Assembly (NCBI RefSeq): GCF_006345805.1
Contig: NC_043026.1
Span: 14,921,579 to 14,985,578, forward strand
Reading direction: 5' to 3'
DNA: 64,000 nt
Origin: Octopus sinensis
Taxonomy: Eukaryota
Shown: positions 12,639 to 25,312 of the stretch, one piece after another
How positions within the stretch are numbered: position 1 is the stretch's first letter
How the letters are laid out: each line of letters opens with the position of its first letter
The notes under the pieces: generated by a model
What the model was told of the DNA's origin: nothing
Databases searched by the model: none
Seen by the model: the letters and a program-made list of their open reading frames with translations, nothing else
Translations under genes and position numbers: made by a program

Positions 12639-12940
12639 TATATTATATATATTATATATAATTAGGGCAGCGGACTCGCAGTTGTAGGATCACGGTTTCG
12701 ATTCCCAGACCAGGCGTTGTGAGTGTTTATTGAGCAAAAATACCTAAAAGCTCCACGACGCTCCGGCAGGGGATGGTGGTGATCCCTGCTGTACTCTTTC
12801 ACCACTCTTTCTCTCACTCTTACTTCTGTTGGCCTGCTCGCTTAGCCAGCGGGGTGGCGTCATTTGAAGGCTAAAACAATGCGAACGCATTGTGACCAGC
12901 GATGTGTAACAACATCTGATGGTCTGGTCGGTCACGTGAT

Positions 12941-12973
<33 letters not shown>

Positions 12974-13068
12974 CACGACGAGCTGCTTTCAGTTTCTGTC
13001 TGTTAAAACCACACACAAGGCTTTGGTTGGCTTGAGACTTATGTTTTTCTAAAAACACGAGATGGCCG

Positions 13069-13128
13069 GATAACTGAAGAGATGGCAGCGTGGATTTCCA
13101 CTTCGGCATCCGAAACTCGAGTTTTATC
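13069..13128 (+). ncRNA. Type I hammerhead motif (GUU triplet)
   Basis: GATAA-CTGAAGA-GATG...CATC(C)-GAAA-CTCGAG-TT-TTATC. 5-bp stem I, palindromic CUCGAG. Confidence 0.6.
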
Positions 13129-13413
13129 ATGGCTACCGAATTTGTCACATATTACATTTACAGATAATTCCTCTATTTACTAATATCAAGGTCTCTTTCA
13201 TTCTTTTGTTGTCTCTCATTACTTTCAATATATACATATAGGCACGGTATATGGCTGTGTGGTAATAAGTAGCTTGCTAAAACAACCACATTGTTCTGGG
13301 TTCAGTCCCACTGCGGACCATTGGGCAAGTGTCTTTGCTATAGCCCCGGGCCGACCAATGCCTTGTGAGTGGATTTGGTAGACGGAAACTGAAAGAAGCC
13401 TGTCGTATATATG

Positions 13414-13444
<31 letters not shown>

Positions 13445-14154
13445 ATGTTTTTGTGTCTGTGTTTGTGTTTGTCCCCTTAGCATTGCTTGACAACCGATGC
13501 TGGTGTGTTTACGTCCCCGTCACTTAGCGGTTCGGCAAAAGAGACCGATAGAATAAGTACTGGGCTTACAAAGAATAAGTCCCGGGGTGGATTTGCTCGA
13601 CTAAAGTAAACAAGTAAACAAGTAAAAGAGTGAAAGAGTAAGAGTATATATATATAGATGTATGTATGTATATATGTATATATATATTTCTTTACTGCCC
13701 ACAAGGGGCTAAACATAGAGGGGACAAACAAGGACAGACAAAGGGAATAAGTTGATTACATCAACCCCAGTGCGTAACTGGTACTTAATTTATCGACCCC
13801 GAAAGGATGAAAGGCAAAGTCGACCTCGGCGGAATTTGAACTCAGAACGTAACGACAGACGAAATACCGCTAAGCATTTCGCCCAGTGCGCTAACGATTC
13901 TATATGTATATATAGGTGTAGGGAGTGGGTGTAGGCATGGCAGTGTGGTAAGAAGCTTGCTTTTCAACCACATAGTTCAGGGTTCAGTCCCACTGAGTGG
14001 CACCTTGGGCAGGTATCTTCAAGTATAGCTTCAAGCCAAACAAAGCCCTATCAGCAGATTTTGGTAGAAGGAAACTGAAAGAAGTCTGTTGTATATATGC
14101 CTATGTGTACATATGTGCATGTGTGTGTGTGTGTGTGTGTATAAATATATATAT

Positions 14155-14194
<40 letters not shown>

Positions 14195-14411
14195 GTCTGT
14201 GTGTCTTTGTATCTGTGTTTATACCCCCACTCCCGTTTGACAACTGGTGTTGGTACATTTACATCCCTGTATTTTAGCAGTTTGACAAAAAACGACTGAC
14301 AGAATAAGTACAAGGCTTTTCAAAAAATGTAAGTACCAGTGTTGATACATTCAACTAATTATTCTCCAAGGTGGTGTCCCGGCATGGCCACAATCTAATG
14401 TTTGAAGTAAG

Positions 14412-14469
<58 letters not shown>

Positions 14470-14644
14470 TACATATTTATCTATATATACTGGAGTAAAC
14501 ACATAAATGTGAAACAAGATGGAAAAAAGAGTACTCAAACACCAGGGGTAGAGTAATATGCTTTATTTAAAAGCAGCAGAAATTCAACAAAACCTGTTAC
14601 TTGGAGTAACAGGTTTTCTTGAATTTCTGCTGCTTTTAAATAAA

Positions 14645-14677
<33 letters not shown>

Positions 14678-14685
14678 GATAGATG

Positions 14686-14717
<32 letters not shown>

Positions 14718-15696
14718 TACATACACAAACACACAAACATATTTTATATATTCATATGTATGTATATATATATATATACCCGTGCTGGTGGAATGTTAAA
14801 TGCACCGTCCGAATGTGGCAGATGCCAGCACTGCCTGACTGGCACCTGTATCGGTGGCACGTAAAAGCACCAACTGATTGTGGCCGTTTGCCAGCTTCCT
14901 CTGGCCCCTGGGCCGGTGGCGTGTAAAACTACCCACTACACTCACGGAGTGGTTAGCGTTAGGAAGGGCATCCAGCTGTAGAAACACTGTCAGATCAGAC
15001 TGGAGCCTGGTGCAGCCTCCTGGCTTCCCAGACCCCAGTCAAACCGTCCAGCCCATGCTAGTTAAATGGACGTTAAACAATGATGATGATGATGATGATA
15101 TATATATGTATATGTATATATAATTATAAATTAAGGTATCTACAACATACCTATTTCTTTATTACCCACAAGGGGCTAAACCCAGAGGGGACAAACAAGG
15201 ACAGACATAGGTATTAAGTCGATTACATTGACCCCAGTGTATAACTGGTACTTAATTTATCGCCCCGAAAGGATGAAAGGCAAAGTCGACCTCGGCGGAA
15301 TTTGAACTCACAATGAACGCAGACGAAATACTGCTAAGCATTTCGCCTGGTGTGCTAACGTTTCTGCCAGCTCGCCGCCTACAAGATACCACCATGCTGA
15401 AAATAGCAGCCATGATCTGACTCTAAAACCACCTTAATTGTCCATATATCAATACGGAGAGAAAACAAAGAAACAGGATGAAACTAGTAAAAAATAGTGG
15501 ATAATTCTAGATCCCGAAATATTAGGGTGTTTTGTTTCTTAAGAATGAGCAAAAGAAATTGACGCATGTTCTCCAAATCCAGTTTATGAGTGGCACAGTG
15601 AAGATCTGTAAGACATTGCAAAGATTATCCATCAGAGATTCTGATGTAAATAGATGCACACACTTGGGTGGATGCAGTGACAGTTGAGCAAACACA

Positions 15697-16270
15697 TTGA
15701 CTCAAACACATTTGACTCAAGCACATTTGACTCAAACACATTGACTCAAACACATTTGACTCAAACACATTTGACTCAAACACATTGACTCAAACACATT
15801 GACTCAAACACATTGACTCAAACACATTGACTCAAACACATTGACTCAAACACATTGACTCAAACACATTGACTCAAACACATTTGACTCAAACACATGA
15901 CTCAAACACATTTGACTCAAACACATTGACTCAAACACATTGACTCAAACACATTGACTCAAACACATTTGACTCAAACACATTGACTCAAACACATTGA
16001 CTCAAACACATTTGACTCAAACACATTGATTCAAACACATTTGACTCAAACACATTTGACTCAAACACATTGACTCAAACACATTGACTCAAACACATTT
16101 GACTCAAACACATTTGACACAAACACATTTGACACAAACACATTTGATTCAAACACATTTGACTCAAACACATTTGACTTAAACACATTGACTCAAACAC
16201 ATTGACTCAAACACATTTGACTCAAACACATGACTCAAACACATATGACTCAAACACATTTGGCTCAAAC
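15697..16270. repeat. 14/15-bp minisatellite (T)TTGACTCAAACACA, about 40 units
   Basis: Direct inspection. About 34 units contain a perfect TGACTCA by hand count. Confidence 0.95.
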
Positions 16271-16361
16271 ACATATTTATAAAGAGCGGAACTCCCTTGA
16301 TTTTGGTTTGATAGCAACAGGCTGGAACTCTTCCAAAGTGAATTTAAACTCCAAGGAAAAT

Positions 16362-17265
16362 CATACACACACACATACGTAGATACATACATTCAGACAA
16401 ACATGCACGCATACACACACACATTCAGACATACAGAAATACACACATATATACACACGTACACATACACACATGTTCTCATGTATATATGTATGCATGC
16501 TATACGCACACACACACATACACACACACATCATGTCCCACGTATACAATATGTATCAGCATATAACACACACACACACATACACCACGCACATCACCAC
16601 ACATACACACATGTATACACACACATACACACACATACCACACATAACCACACACCATGCATGTCCACACGTATATACGTATGCATGCCTATAACACACA
16701 CACACCACATACACACACACATACACACACATACACACAGACTACCACATACACCACATACACACACACATGCATGTCCACACGTATATATGTATGCATG
16801 CATATAAACACACACACACATACACACACGCATATACACACACACATACACACACACTTACACACACATACACACACACATACGCACACACACATGCATG
16901 TCCACACGTATATACGTATGCATGCCTATAAACACACACACACACACATACACACACACATACACACACATACACACACATACACACCACATACACACAT
17001 CCACACACACATGCATGTCCACACGTATATATGTATGCATGCCTATAAACACACACACACACACATACACACACACATACACACACATACACACACATAC
17101 ACACACATACACACACATACACACACACATAAACACACACACACATGCATGTCCACACGTATATATGTATGCATGCCTATAAACACACACACACACACAT
17201 ACACGCACACATACACACATATACACCACATACACACACATACACACACATACACACACACACAT
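16362..17265. repeat. CA-rich minisatellite with a recurring CATGTCCACACGTATAT unit
   Basis: Direct inspection. Confidence 0.9.
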
Positions 17266-17382
17266 TTTGTGTATCTGTAATTAGCCTCCCATCCCCCTTA
17301 CCCTTCTCGGCCAATGTGTTCACGTTGCCAATAGCAACACACCATGGAGGAAGGAGAGAGAGAGAGAGAGAGAGAAAAAGAG

Positions 17383-17455
<73 letters not shown>

Positions 17456-17774
17456 CTGAAGGTAAACATCAATTAATGTCTATTGATTAATGACTGATGG
17501 TGGTGGTGGTGGTGGTGGAGGTGGGGAGTTACAGATGGTGGCAGCAATGGTGATGGTTCTAATGGTGGTGCTGGTGGTATTGGCGGCAGTGAAGGTGGTT
17601 GTGTTTGTAGCAGTGGCAGAGCTGGTGGAGGCGGTGGTGGTGGTGGTTGTGGTGGTGGTGGTGGTGGTGGTGGTGTACAATGTAGTTAATATCTCATGCA
17701 TGTCTCAATATGTGTATGTTTGCATATATGCATGTGTGTGTGTGTGTGTGTGTGTATGTGTGGGAGTGTATGAA

Positions 17775-17806
<32 letters not shown>

Positions 17807-17818
17807 GGAGTGTATGAA

Positions 17819-17850
<32 letters not shown>

Positions 17851-18996
17851 GGAGTGTATGAATGTGTGTGTGTGTGTATGTGTGTATGTGTGGGAGTGTA
17901 ATAATGTGTTATAGTGTGTGTGTGTGTGTATGTGTGGGTGTAGTGAATGTGTGTGTGGGTGTGTGTGTGTGTATGTGTGGGAGTGTATGAATGTGTGTGT
18001 GGTTGTAAGTGCCTTTGTATACATAATATATATATAATATATATGAGTATTGTTGGTAAGTAGCTTGCTAACCAACCACATGGCTCCAGTTCAGTCCCAC
18101 TGCCTGGCAATCTTGGGCAAGAGTCTTTTACTATAGCCCGGGACGACCACTGTCTTGTGAATAATATTTGGTAATTCGGAAATTGAAAGAAGCCTGTCCG
18201 TATATATGTATATAATAAATATATATATATATAGTATATATATATATGTATGGATTGTATATATTTGTGTGTGTGTGTTTTCCCCCTAGCATTGCTTGAC
18301 AATGGAGGTGGGAAAGGGACAAATATAGACACAGACATACACACACACCACACACGCATACCTATATCTATACACACGATCGATCCAAGGCTATTGTAGA
18401 AGATACTTGCCCAAGGTGCCATGTAGTGGGACTGGTGTGTTTATGTCCCCGTCACTTAGCGGTTCGGCAAAAGAGACTGATAGAATAAGTACTAGGCTTA
18501 CAAAGAATAAGTCCCGGGGGTCGAGTTGCTCGACTAAAAGGCGGTGCTCCAGCATGGCCTCAGTCAAATGACTGAAACAAGTAAAAGAGTAAAGATTATA
18601 TATACACACACATATATATATATAGGCTTTTATTCTCTTATTCTTTTATTTGTTTCAGTTATTTGACCGCGGTCATGCTGGAGCACCGCCTTTAGTCGAG
18701 CAAATGGACCCCAGGACTTATTCTTTGGAAGCCCAGTACATATTCTGTTGGTCTCTTTTGCTAAACCGCTATGTGACAGGGACGTAAACACACCAGCATC
18801 GGTTATCAAGCGATGGAGGTGGCGAGGGGACAAACATAGACACAGACACACACACACACATATCTATACACACGATCGATCCAAGGCTATTGTAGAAGAC
18901 ACTTGCCCAAGGTGCCATGTAGTGGGACTGAACCTGGAAGCATGTGGTTGGTAAATAAGCTACTTACCACACAGCACTCCTTCTATATATTTATAA

Positions 18997-19033
<37 letters not shown>

Positions 19034-19111
19034 CATACTTATTATATATATATGTATATATATATATATGAATATGTGAGTAGGTGTATATATATATATA
19101 TGTATATAATA

Positions 19112-19163
<52 letters not shown>

Positions 19164-19361
19164 TATATATATATATAAATGTATGTATGTATATGTATAT
19201 ATATATGTATATATATGTATATATATTATATATATATGCTATTATATCTTGTAATATATGTATATATATGTATATATATATATATACATATATATGTATA
19301 TATTGCATATATATATATATGCATATATATATATGCATATATATATATATATATGTATATA

Positions 19362-19410
<49 letters not shown>

Positions 19411-20251
19411 TATATACACACACACCACCACACAAATGTGTGTGAATGTTTGTGGACGGTCTTTTCTCCCCATATTGTGTTGCTGCAGCTGTCTTTTCCG
19501 CTCCATTGAACCATGCAGCTTTGTTCCGCTGTGTCCATCAGATCCAATGTTCACGTGACGCCCAGGTAGACATGTCCTACACTCACAAGATAAGGCAAGC
19601 AAGGCTCACTGGTCATCCACTCACATACGTCACCATCCGTACCCACTGGCTTCATGAGATAGGCTGACCATGCGCATGCCTGACCCTTTCACCCTTTAAA
19701 CTTACCCCACATGTAATCAGTCATGGTCAGATGGTCAGAGCCCCCATCAACATGAATGTGTTCATGTGCATATAGGCGCAGGAGTGGCTGTGTTGTAAGT
19801 AGCTTGCTTACCAACCACATGGTTCTGGGTTCAGTCCCACTGTGTGGCACCTTGGGCAAGTGTCTTCTACTATAACCTTGGGCCGACCAATACCTTGTGA
19901 GTGGATTTGGTAGACGGAAACTGAAAGAAGCCTGTCGTATATATATATATATATATATATATATGCGTGTGTGTGTTTGTGTGTCTGTGTTTGTCCCCCT
20001 AGCATTGCTTGACAACCGATGCTGGTGTGTTTATGTCCCCGTCACTTAGCGGTTCGGCAAAAGAGACCGATAGAATAAGTACTGGGCTTACAAAAAAAGA
20101 ATAAGTCCTGAGAAGTTGGAAAAAACAGCATTTCCTGATGTAGGCTCTTGGCAATGGTGCTAAACTGTGGGTCCATCTATGTGCACAGGGATTATGTGAT
20201 GCAACGACCTTCGTCTTATCTAATAACTTTTGCTCTAATGTTGCATTGCAG

Positions 20252-20344
20252 GAATCTAAAACGGGCCATAAAGACAGCTCACAGAAGGGGACAGGTGCAA
20301 AGAAAACAAAATTAACAACAACAAAACAGAAATCAAAAGGAGAG
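20252..20344 (+). CDS. Gene 1 exon: ESKTGHKDSSQKGTGAKKTKLTTTKQKSKGE
   Basis: Acceptor gcattgcag, consensus donor GAG|GTAAGT, phase 0->0. Additional exons may lie in the preceding 14-kb intron. Confidence 0.7.
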
Positions 20345-20490
20345 GTAAGTGATTGTTGTTGTTGTGTGTGTGTGTGTGTATATATTAGTTAATGGAGTTT
20401 CTCCTATAAGAACAATCATGATTTTATTTTTTGAGAAATATTGTTTAATTCTATTTTATTATTTATTTAACTATTATTGTTATTATTGTT

Positions 20491-20590
20491 GACCTGATGA
20501 GTGACTATACTTTTAAATTGAATTGTTTTGCAATTAAATTTAAATTTAATTGCAATTCGAATTTAAATTATAGCCATGAAACATGTAGTT
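20491..20590 (+). ncRNA. Type I hammerhead motif with a long AT-rich stem II
   Basis: GAC-CTGATGA-GTGACTATA...TATAGCCAT-GAAA-CATG-TA-GTT. The loop contains the perfect palindrome TTGCAATTAAATTTAAATTTAATTGCAA. Confidence 0.6.
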
Positions 20591-21993
20591 TTTTTACTTA
20601 TATATTGTTTATTCATTTTTGTACTTTTTGTGTTCTAGTTATATGTTTTAAAATATATTTTATTTTTTATTTATGATTCGGTTTATGTCTATCATTGTTT
20701 GAATTGAATAATAGTGGTTTTTCTCTAATTCATATATATATATATCATCATCATCATCATCATCATCATATATATATATATACATACACACACATATACA
20801 CATGTGTATATGTGTATTTTCTTAGTCGCATTTTCTCAAAACGTTGCTGATTTCAGACAATGATGCCACAGCAGTTGCTGATTTTAGACAATTTTTACTT
20901 TACCTTCAAAATATTTCCAACCAAAAGGTACAAAAAGTTAAGAATAGTTTAGTTAAATTTTTCCGTAGAATGGAGTAGGAGTGGCTGTGTGATAAGTAGC
21001 TTGCTTACGAACTACATGGTTCCAGGTTCAGTCTCACTGCGTGGCACCTTGGGCAAGTGTCTTCTACTATAGCCTCGGGCCGACCAAAGCCTTGTGAGTG
21101 GATTTGGTAGACAGAAACTGAAAGAAGCCCGTCATATATATGTATATATCTATATTTCTTTACTGCCCACAAGGGGCTAAACACAGAGGGGACAAACAAG
21201 GACAAATGGATTAAGTCGATTACATCGACCCCAGTGCATAACTGGTGCTTAATTTATCGACCCCGAAAGGATGAAAGGTAAAGTCGACCTTGGCGGAATT
21301 TGAACCCAGAACATAAGGACAGATGAAATACTGCTAAGCATTTTGCCTGGCCCACTAACGTTTCTTTGCCAGCGCCGTCCGACTGGCCTCCGTGCCGGTG
21401 GCATGTAAAAAGCACCATCCGATTGTGGCTGTTTGCCAGCCTCGCCTGGCCCCCGTGCCGGTGGCACATAAAAACCACCATCCAATTGTGGCCGTTTGCT
21501 AGCCTCATCTGGCACCTGTGCCAGTGGCATGCAAAAAGCACCCACTAATTTTATATTTTATATTTTTTTTAAATTTTATATTTTTGTATATTCATCATCA
21601 TGAACCGCTTAATAGAATCGGATACGATTGCGACACATACTTAAGAAATGATCCTTAAAAGCATGGTCTTATATTAATTATATTTATTTTTCTTTTTATG
21701 TTTTGGTTTATGTTTTTCACTTTATGATTTGCCTAATAATGGTTTTATCTCTAATTTAATTTATATACTGATCGTGACGATGCCGGACCCTCCGGCCCCT
21801 GTGCAGGTGGCACGTAAAAAGCACCCAATCCACTCACGGAGTGGTTGGCGTTAGGAAGGGCATCCAGCCGTAGAAACTCTGCCAGATTCAGACTGGAGCC
21901 TGGTGCGGCCCCTGGCTTCCCAGACCCGGTCAAACCGTCCAACCCGTGCTAGCGCGGAAAGCGGACGTTAAACGATGATGATGATATATGCGT

Positions 21994-22036
<43 letters not shown>

Positions 22037-22169
22037 TACAATGGACTTCTTTCTTGCCAAAGGAGCCAGACAATGGGATTGAACCCAAAGCCTTATTGTT
22101 GGGAAGCAAGCTTCCTACCCTACAGCCATACCTCTGCCTCTGTACATTTTGACTTTCATCTATTTCCAG

Positions 22170-22203
22170 TTAAAATCTTCAGGAAAAACTTCAAAAACAA
22201 AAG
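22170..22203 (+). CDS. Gene 1 34-nt microexon: LKSSGKTSKTK
   Basis: Acceptor ctatttccag, donor AAG|GTAAAT. Phase 0->1 supplies exactly the shift needed to join 20344 to 23622, and the K/S-rich peptide resembles its neighbours. Confidence 0.7.
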
Positions 22204-22307
22204 GTAAATGATGTCATTGTTATTATTGTTCTTATTATTTCTAGCTGGACCCGCAAAAAAATTCACAGATAATTCAAATATCGTTAAATGAATCGTTATT
22301 ATTTAAC

Positions 22308-22650
22308 CGTGACGTATATTTGCCATTTAAATATGGCTAACCCCTTGTTTACACTTTTTCGATATCAGTGTCTATCGATACTGGAAAAAGGTTTAAGTAT
22401 TTGTGAAGGGAGCCTACTTCTCATCGATAACTGTGATTGTCACACGCCGATGACGAGTCAATACCCAGAAACTCAAGTCCGTGTGTATCATAAGTTGAAG
22501 ACAGGAAGGATGGCTTCCCTTTGCAAATACTGATAGGGCACAGAAAGTGTGTCTACAGCCAGCTGGAGGAGGTGTCCTCCTGGGGCTACAAACTACAGTA
22601 GCATCCACCCTTAGGGGTTAGCCATATTTAAATGGCAAATATACGTCACG
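22308..22650 (+). mobile_element. 343-bp element with perfect 37-bp terminal inverted repeats and an internal hammerhead motif
   Basis: CGTGACGTATATTTGCCATTTAAATATGGCTAACCCC (22308-22344) and its reverse complement (22614-22650). Homologous to 57441-57930. Confidence 0.8.
22441..22485 (+). ncRNA. Hammerhead-like motif with CCGAUGA core
   Basis: CACACG-CCGATGA-CGAG(TCAATA)CCCA-GAAA-CTCAAG-TC-CGTGTG. Perfect 6-bp stem I, degenerate stem II, GUC triplet. Confidence 0.55.
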
Positions 22651-23543
22651 ATGTGTTGTAGCTACTGTTTATAACTCACACTGAGATTTATTATTTAACC
22701 AAAATTGTTTAATTTGTGCTACTTTGGTCAATACAAAATTATATTATTATTTATGTTATATTTATTAATGTAGAGGTGCAATAGCCCAGTGGGTAGGGCA
22801 GTGGACTCGCGGTCATAGAATCACGGTTTCGATTCCCAGACCGGGCATTACTCTTTTCAGTCATTTGACTGTGGCCATGCTGGAGCACCGCCTTTGGTCG
22901 AGCAAATCGACCCCAGGACTTATTCTTTGTAAGCCTAGTACTTATTCTATCAGTCTCTTTTGCGAAACCGCTAAGTTATGGGGATGTAAACACACCACCA
23001 TCGGTTATCAATCGATGTTGGAGAGGACAAACACGGACACACAAACATATACACATATATATATATATATACGACGGGCTTCTTTCAGTTTCCGTCTACC
23101 AAATCCCCTCACAAGGCTTTGGTTGGCCCGAAGCTATAGTAGAAGACACTTGCCCATGGTGACATGCAGTGGGACTGAAACCAGAACCATGTGGTTCATA
23201 AGCAAGCTACTTTCCCCACAGCCACTCCTACACCTATAAACACTCACATTGCATTGTGAGTGTTTATTGAGCACAAACACCTAAAGATCCGCAAGGCTCT
23301 GGCAGGGGATGAGGGTGGCGAACCCTGTTGTACTTTTACACCACAACTTTCTCTCACTCTTTCTTCCTGTTTCGGTTGTACCCGTATTTCAAAGGGGCCA
23401 GCCTTGTCCCACTGAATCTCCCCAAGAACTGTGTTAAGGGTACACATGTCTGTGGAGCACTCAGCCACTTTTGTCCTGTGTTTTGTCCCTTTATGTTATA
23501 ATTGATTTTTGTCAGCCCTTGTGGCCAATAAAAGAATGAATTA

Positions 23544-23588
<45 letters not shown>

Positions 23589-23621
23589 ATAATTATTATT
23601 ATTACCATGTGTACCCAACAG

Positions 23622-23875
23622 ATAAGGACCACACAACCACTCCTTCAGCACAGCAGACCAGCAGAGGGGGTGGTGCCAGCAAAGAGAAGAGTGAGGGCAG
23701 TGGCAAAGCAAGCAAGAGCCAATCAAAACAGAGCAAGGTCGTCAAGGCAACAGCAGCAGCCACAGCAGCAGCATCATCATCAGCAGCAGCTGTGTCAGTT
23801 GTCACGGAGATGGTCTTCGACCAATCAGTGTTGGAGAGCCTGGACACATTTGACCTTTCGGATAACGAGTCTTGG
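23622..23875 (+). CDS. Gene 1 exon: (D)KDHTTTPSAQQTSRGGGASKEK...VLESLDTFDLSDNESW
   Basis: Acceptor cccaacag, donor TGG|GTGAGT, phase 1->0. Confidence 0.8.
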
Positions 23876-23984
23876 GTGAGTTTGGACAGGACGAACGGTT
23901 GGTGGGGGGTGTGGGTGTGTTTGTGGATAGGTGTGTATATACATCTGTGTGTACAGATATGTGTGTGTGTGTGTGTCTGTAGAT

Positions 23985-24185
23985 CAGTGGTTTTCAACCA
24001 GGGTTCCGTCAGTACAGTCCAGGGGTTCCGCAAGAAGTTACAAAACTGCTAAAATCGGCAGTAATTTTTAAGTCTCCTGTGCAGATATGTGTGCATAAGA
24101 CTATTAAATTATTGCACAGGGGTTTCTCGAGCCAGTGGAATGTTTCCTTGGGGTTCCGCTCCAGCAAAAAGTTTGAAAAGCACTG
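23985..24185. mobile_element. hAT-type MITE
   Basis: TIRs CAGTGGTTTTCAA / TTGAAAAGCACTG with an 8-bp target duplication CTGTAGAT. Confidence 0.85.
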
Positions 24186-24193
24186 CTGTAGAT

Positions 24194-24905
24194 AATAATA
24201 ATAATAATGAAATGATTGTATACAGTGCTCAGGTGCACCACAACTTGTCAGAAAGTGCGTATAAAGTATATGCCGTAATGTACAAATGTCTGGAAAGCGA
24301 ACAATGTATGAGTCAGATACATGTTTGCGTGTGTATGGAGGGGAGAAAATCAGGTGTAGTGTTGGCGAATCTCAGAAAGCATGGAAGTTTTGAAGGATGC
24401 AGTGCTCCGACAACTAACAACTGATGTCGGCAGTTTGTTCCATGCTTCAGCAACTCTTGGCATGAAAAAAAATGTTTCCTAAAGTCATGGGAGCTGAGCT
24501 GTTTTCTGACTTTGTAAATATGTCCATGGGTGTTAGACGGGTGGAGTTTAAAAAGGTACTCAGAGTTATTGTTAGTAAGATGGTTGATAATTTTATGGAT
24601 GTCTGCCAAGTCAGCTGCCAGACGTCGGAGTTTCAATGTGTCCATGCCCAGGGAAGTAAGGCGTTCAGGATATGGCAAATGCCTGATGGAGGGTATTCTT
24701 TTGGTTGCACGTCGCTGAACGGCTTCCAGACGATTGATATCCTGGGCAAGATAGGGGTTCCAGACCGTTGATGCAAATTCCAGGTGAGGTCTTACCATAG
24801 CTATATAAAGCCGCAGATAGATAGTCGGAGAGCGGCTCAGAAAGGACTTGGTGAGTGATGCCAAGACATTCTCAGCTTTCTTGGCAATTTTAGCTATGCG
24901 GATGG
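24194..24905 (-). mobile_element. 5'-truncated CR1-clade LINE (RT C-terminal region and 3' tail)
   Basis: YIAMVRPHLEFASTVWNPY...LEAVQRRATK...LRRLAADL, followed by a 3' (TTA)n tail. Confidence 0.85.
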
Positions 24906-25267
24906 GTGTGTGTATAGTGTGCATGTGTGTGTGTGTCTGTGTAGTTGTGTGTATAGGCGGTGTTACATAAAGCGCCATCATCATCGTCATCATCATCAGC
25001 ATCATCACAATGCACACACCCTCACATACCACCACCACCACCAACACCAGCACTAATGTCTCTATATGTCTCTTTCTCTCTCTCTTTCTCTTTCACCAAC
25101 CCAGGGACGTCTCCCTGTTGATCAGATGCCACAGAGATTCTCACAGTACCGGTGGCTGGTAAGTACAGTTGGACATTTCTTCTCCTGTAACACCCTGTGC
25201 CCCTCCCTCACTAGCAGAATGGAATATCTTCTCTTCTGTCAAACACTCACACACACACACACACACA

Positions 25268-25312
<45 letters not shown>

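Noticed and set aside
15697-16270. CRISPR-like appearance of this array and of those at 49300-50005 and 54551-56050
   Set aside because: There are no unique spacers and no cas genes, and the context is a eukaryotic intron.
20857-20927. Exon NDATAVADFRQFLLYLQNISNQK
   Set aside because: It is phase 1->0 where 0->1 is required, and the microexon at 22170 already resolves the frame.
21590-21660. Hammerhead in the 21560-21760 repeat
   Set aside because: It shares the family tail, but the core is too decayed (CATCATGA...GAAATGATCC) to call.
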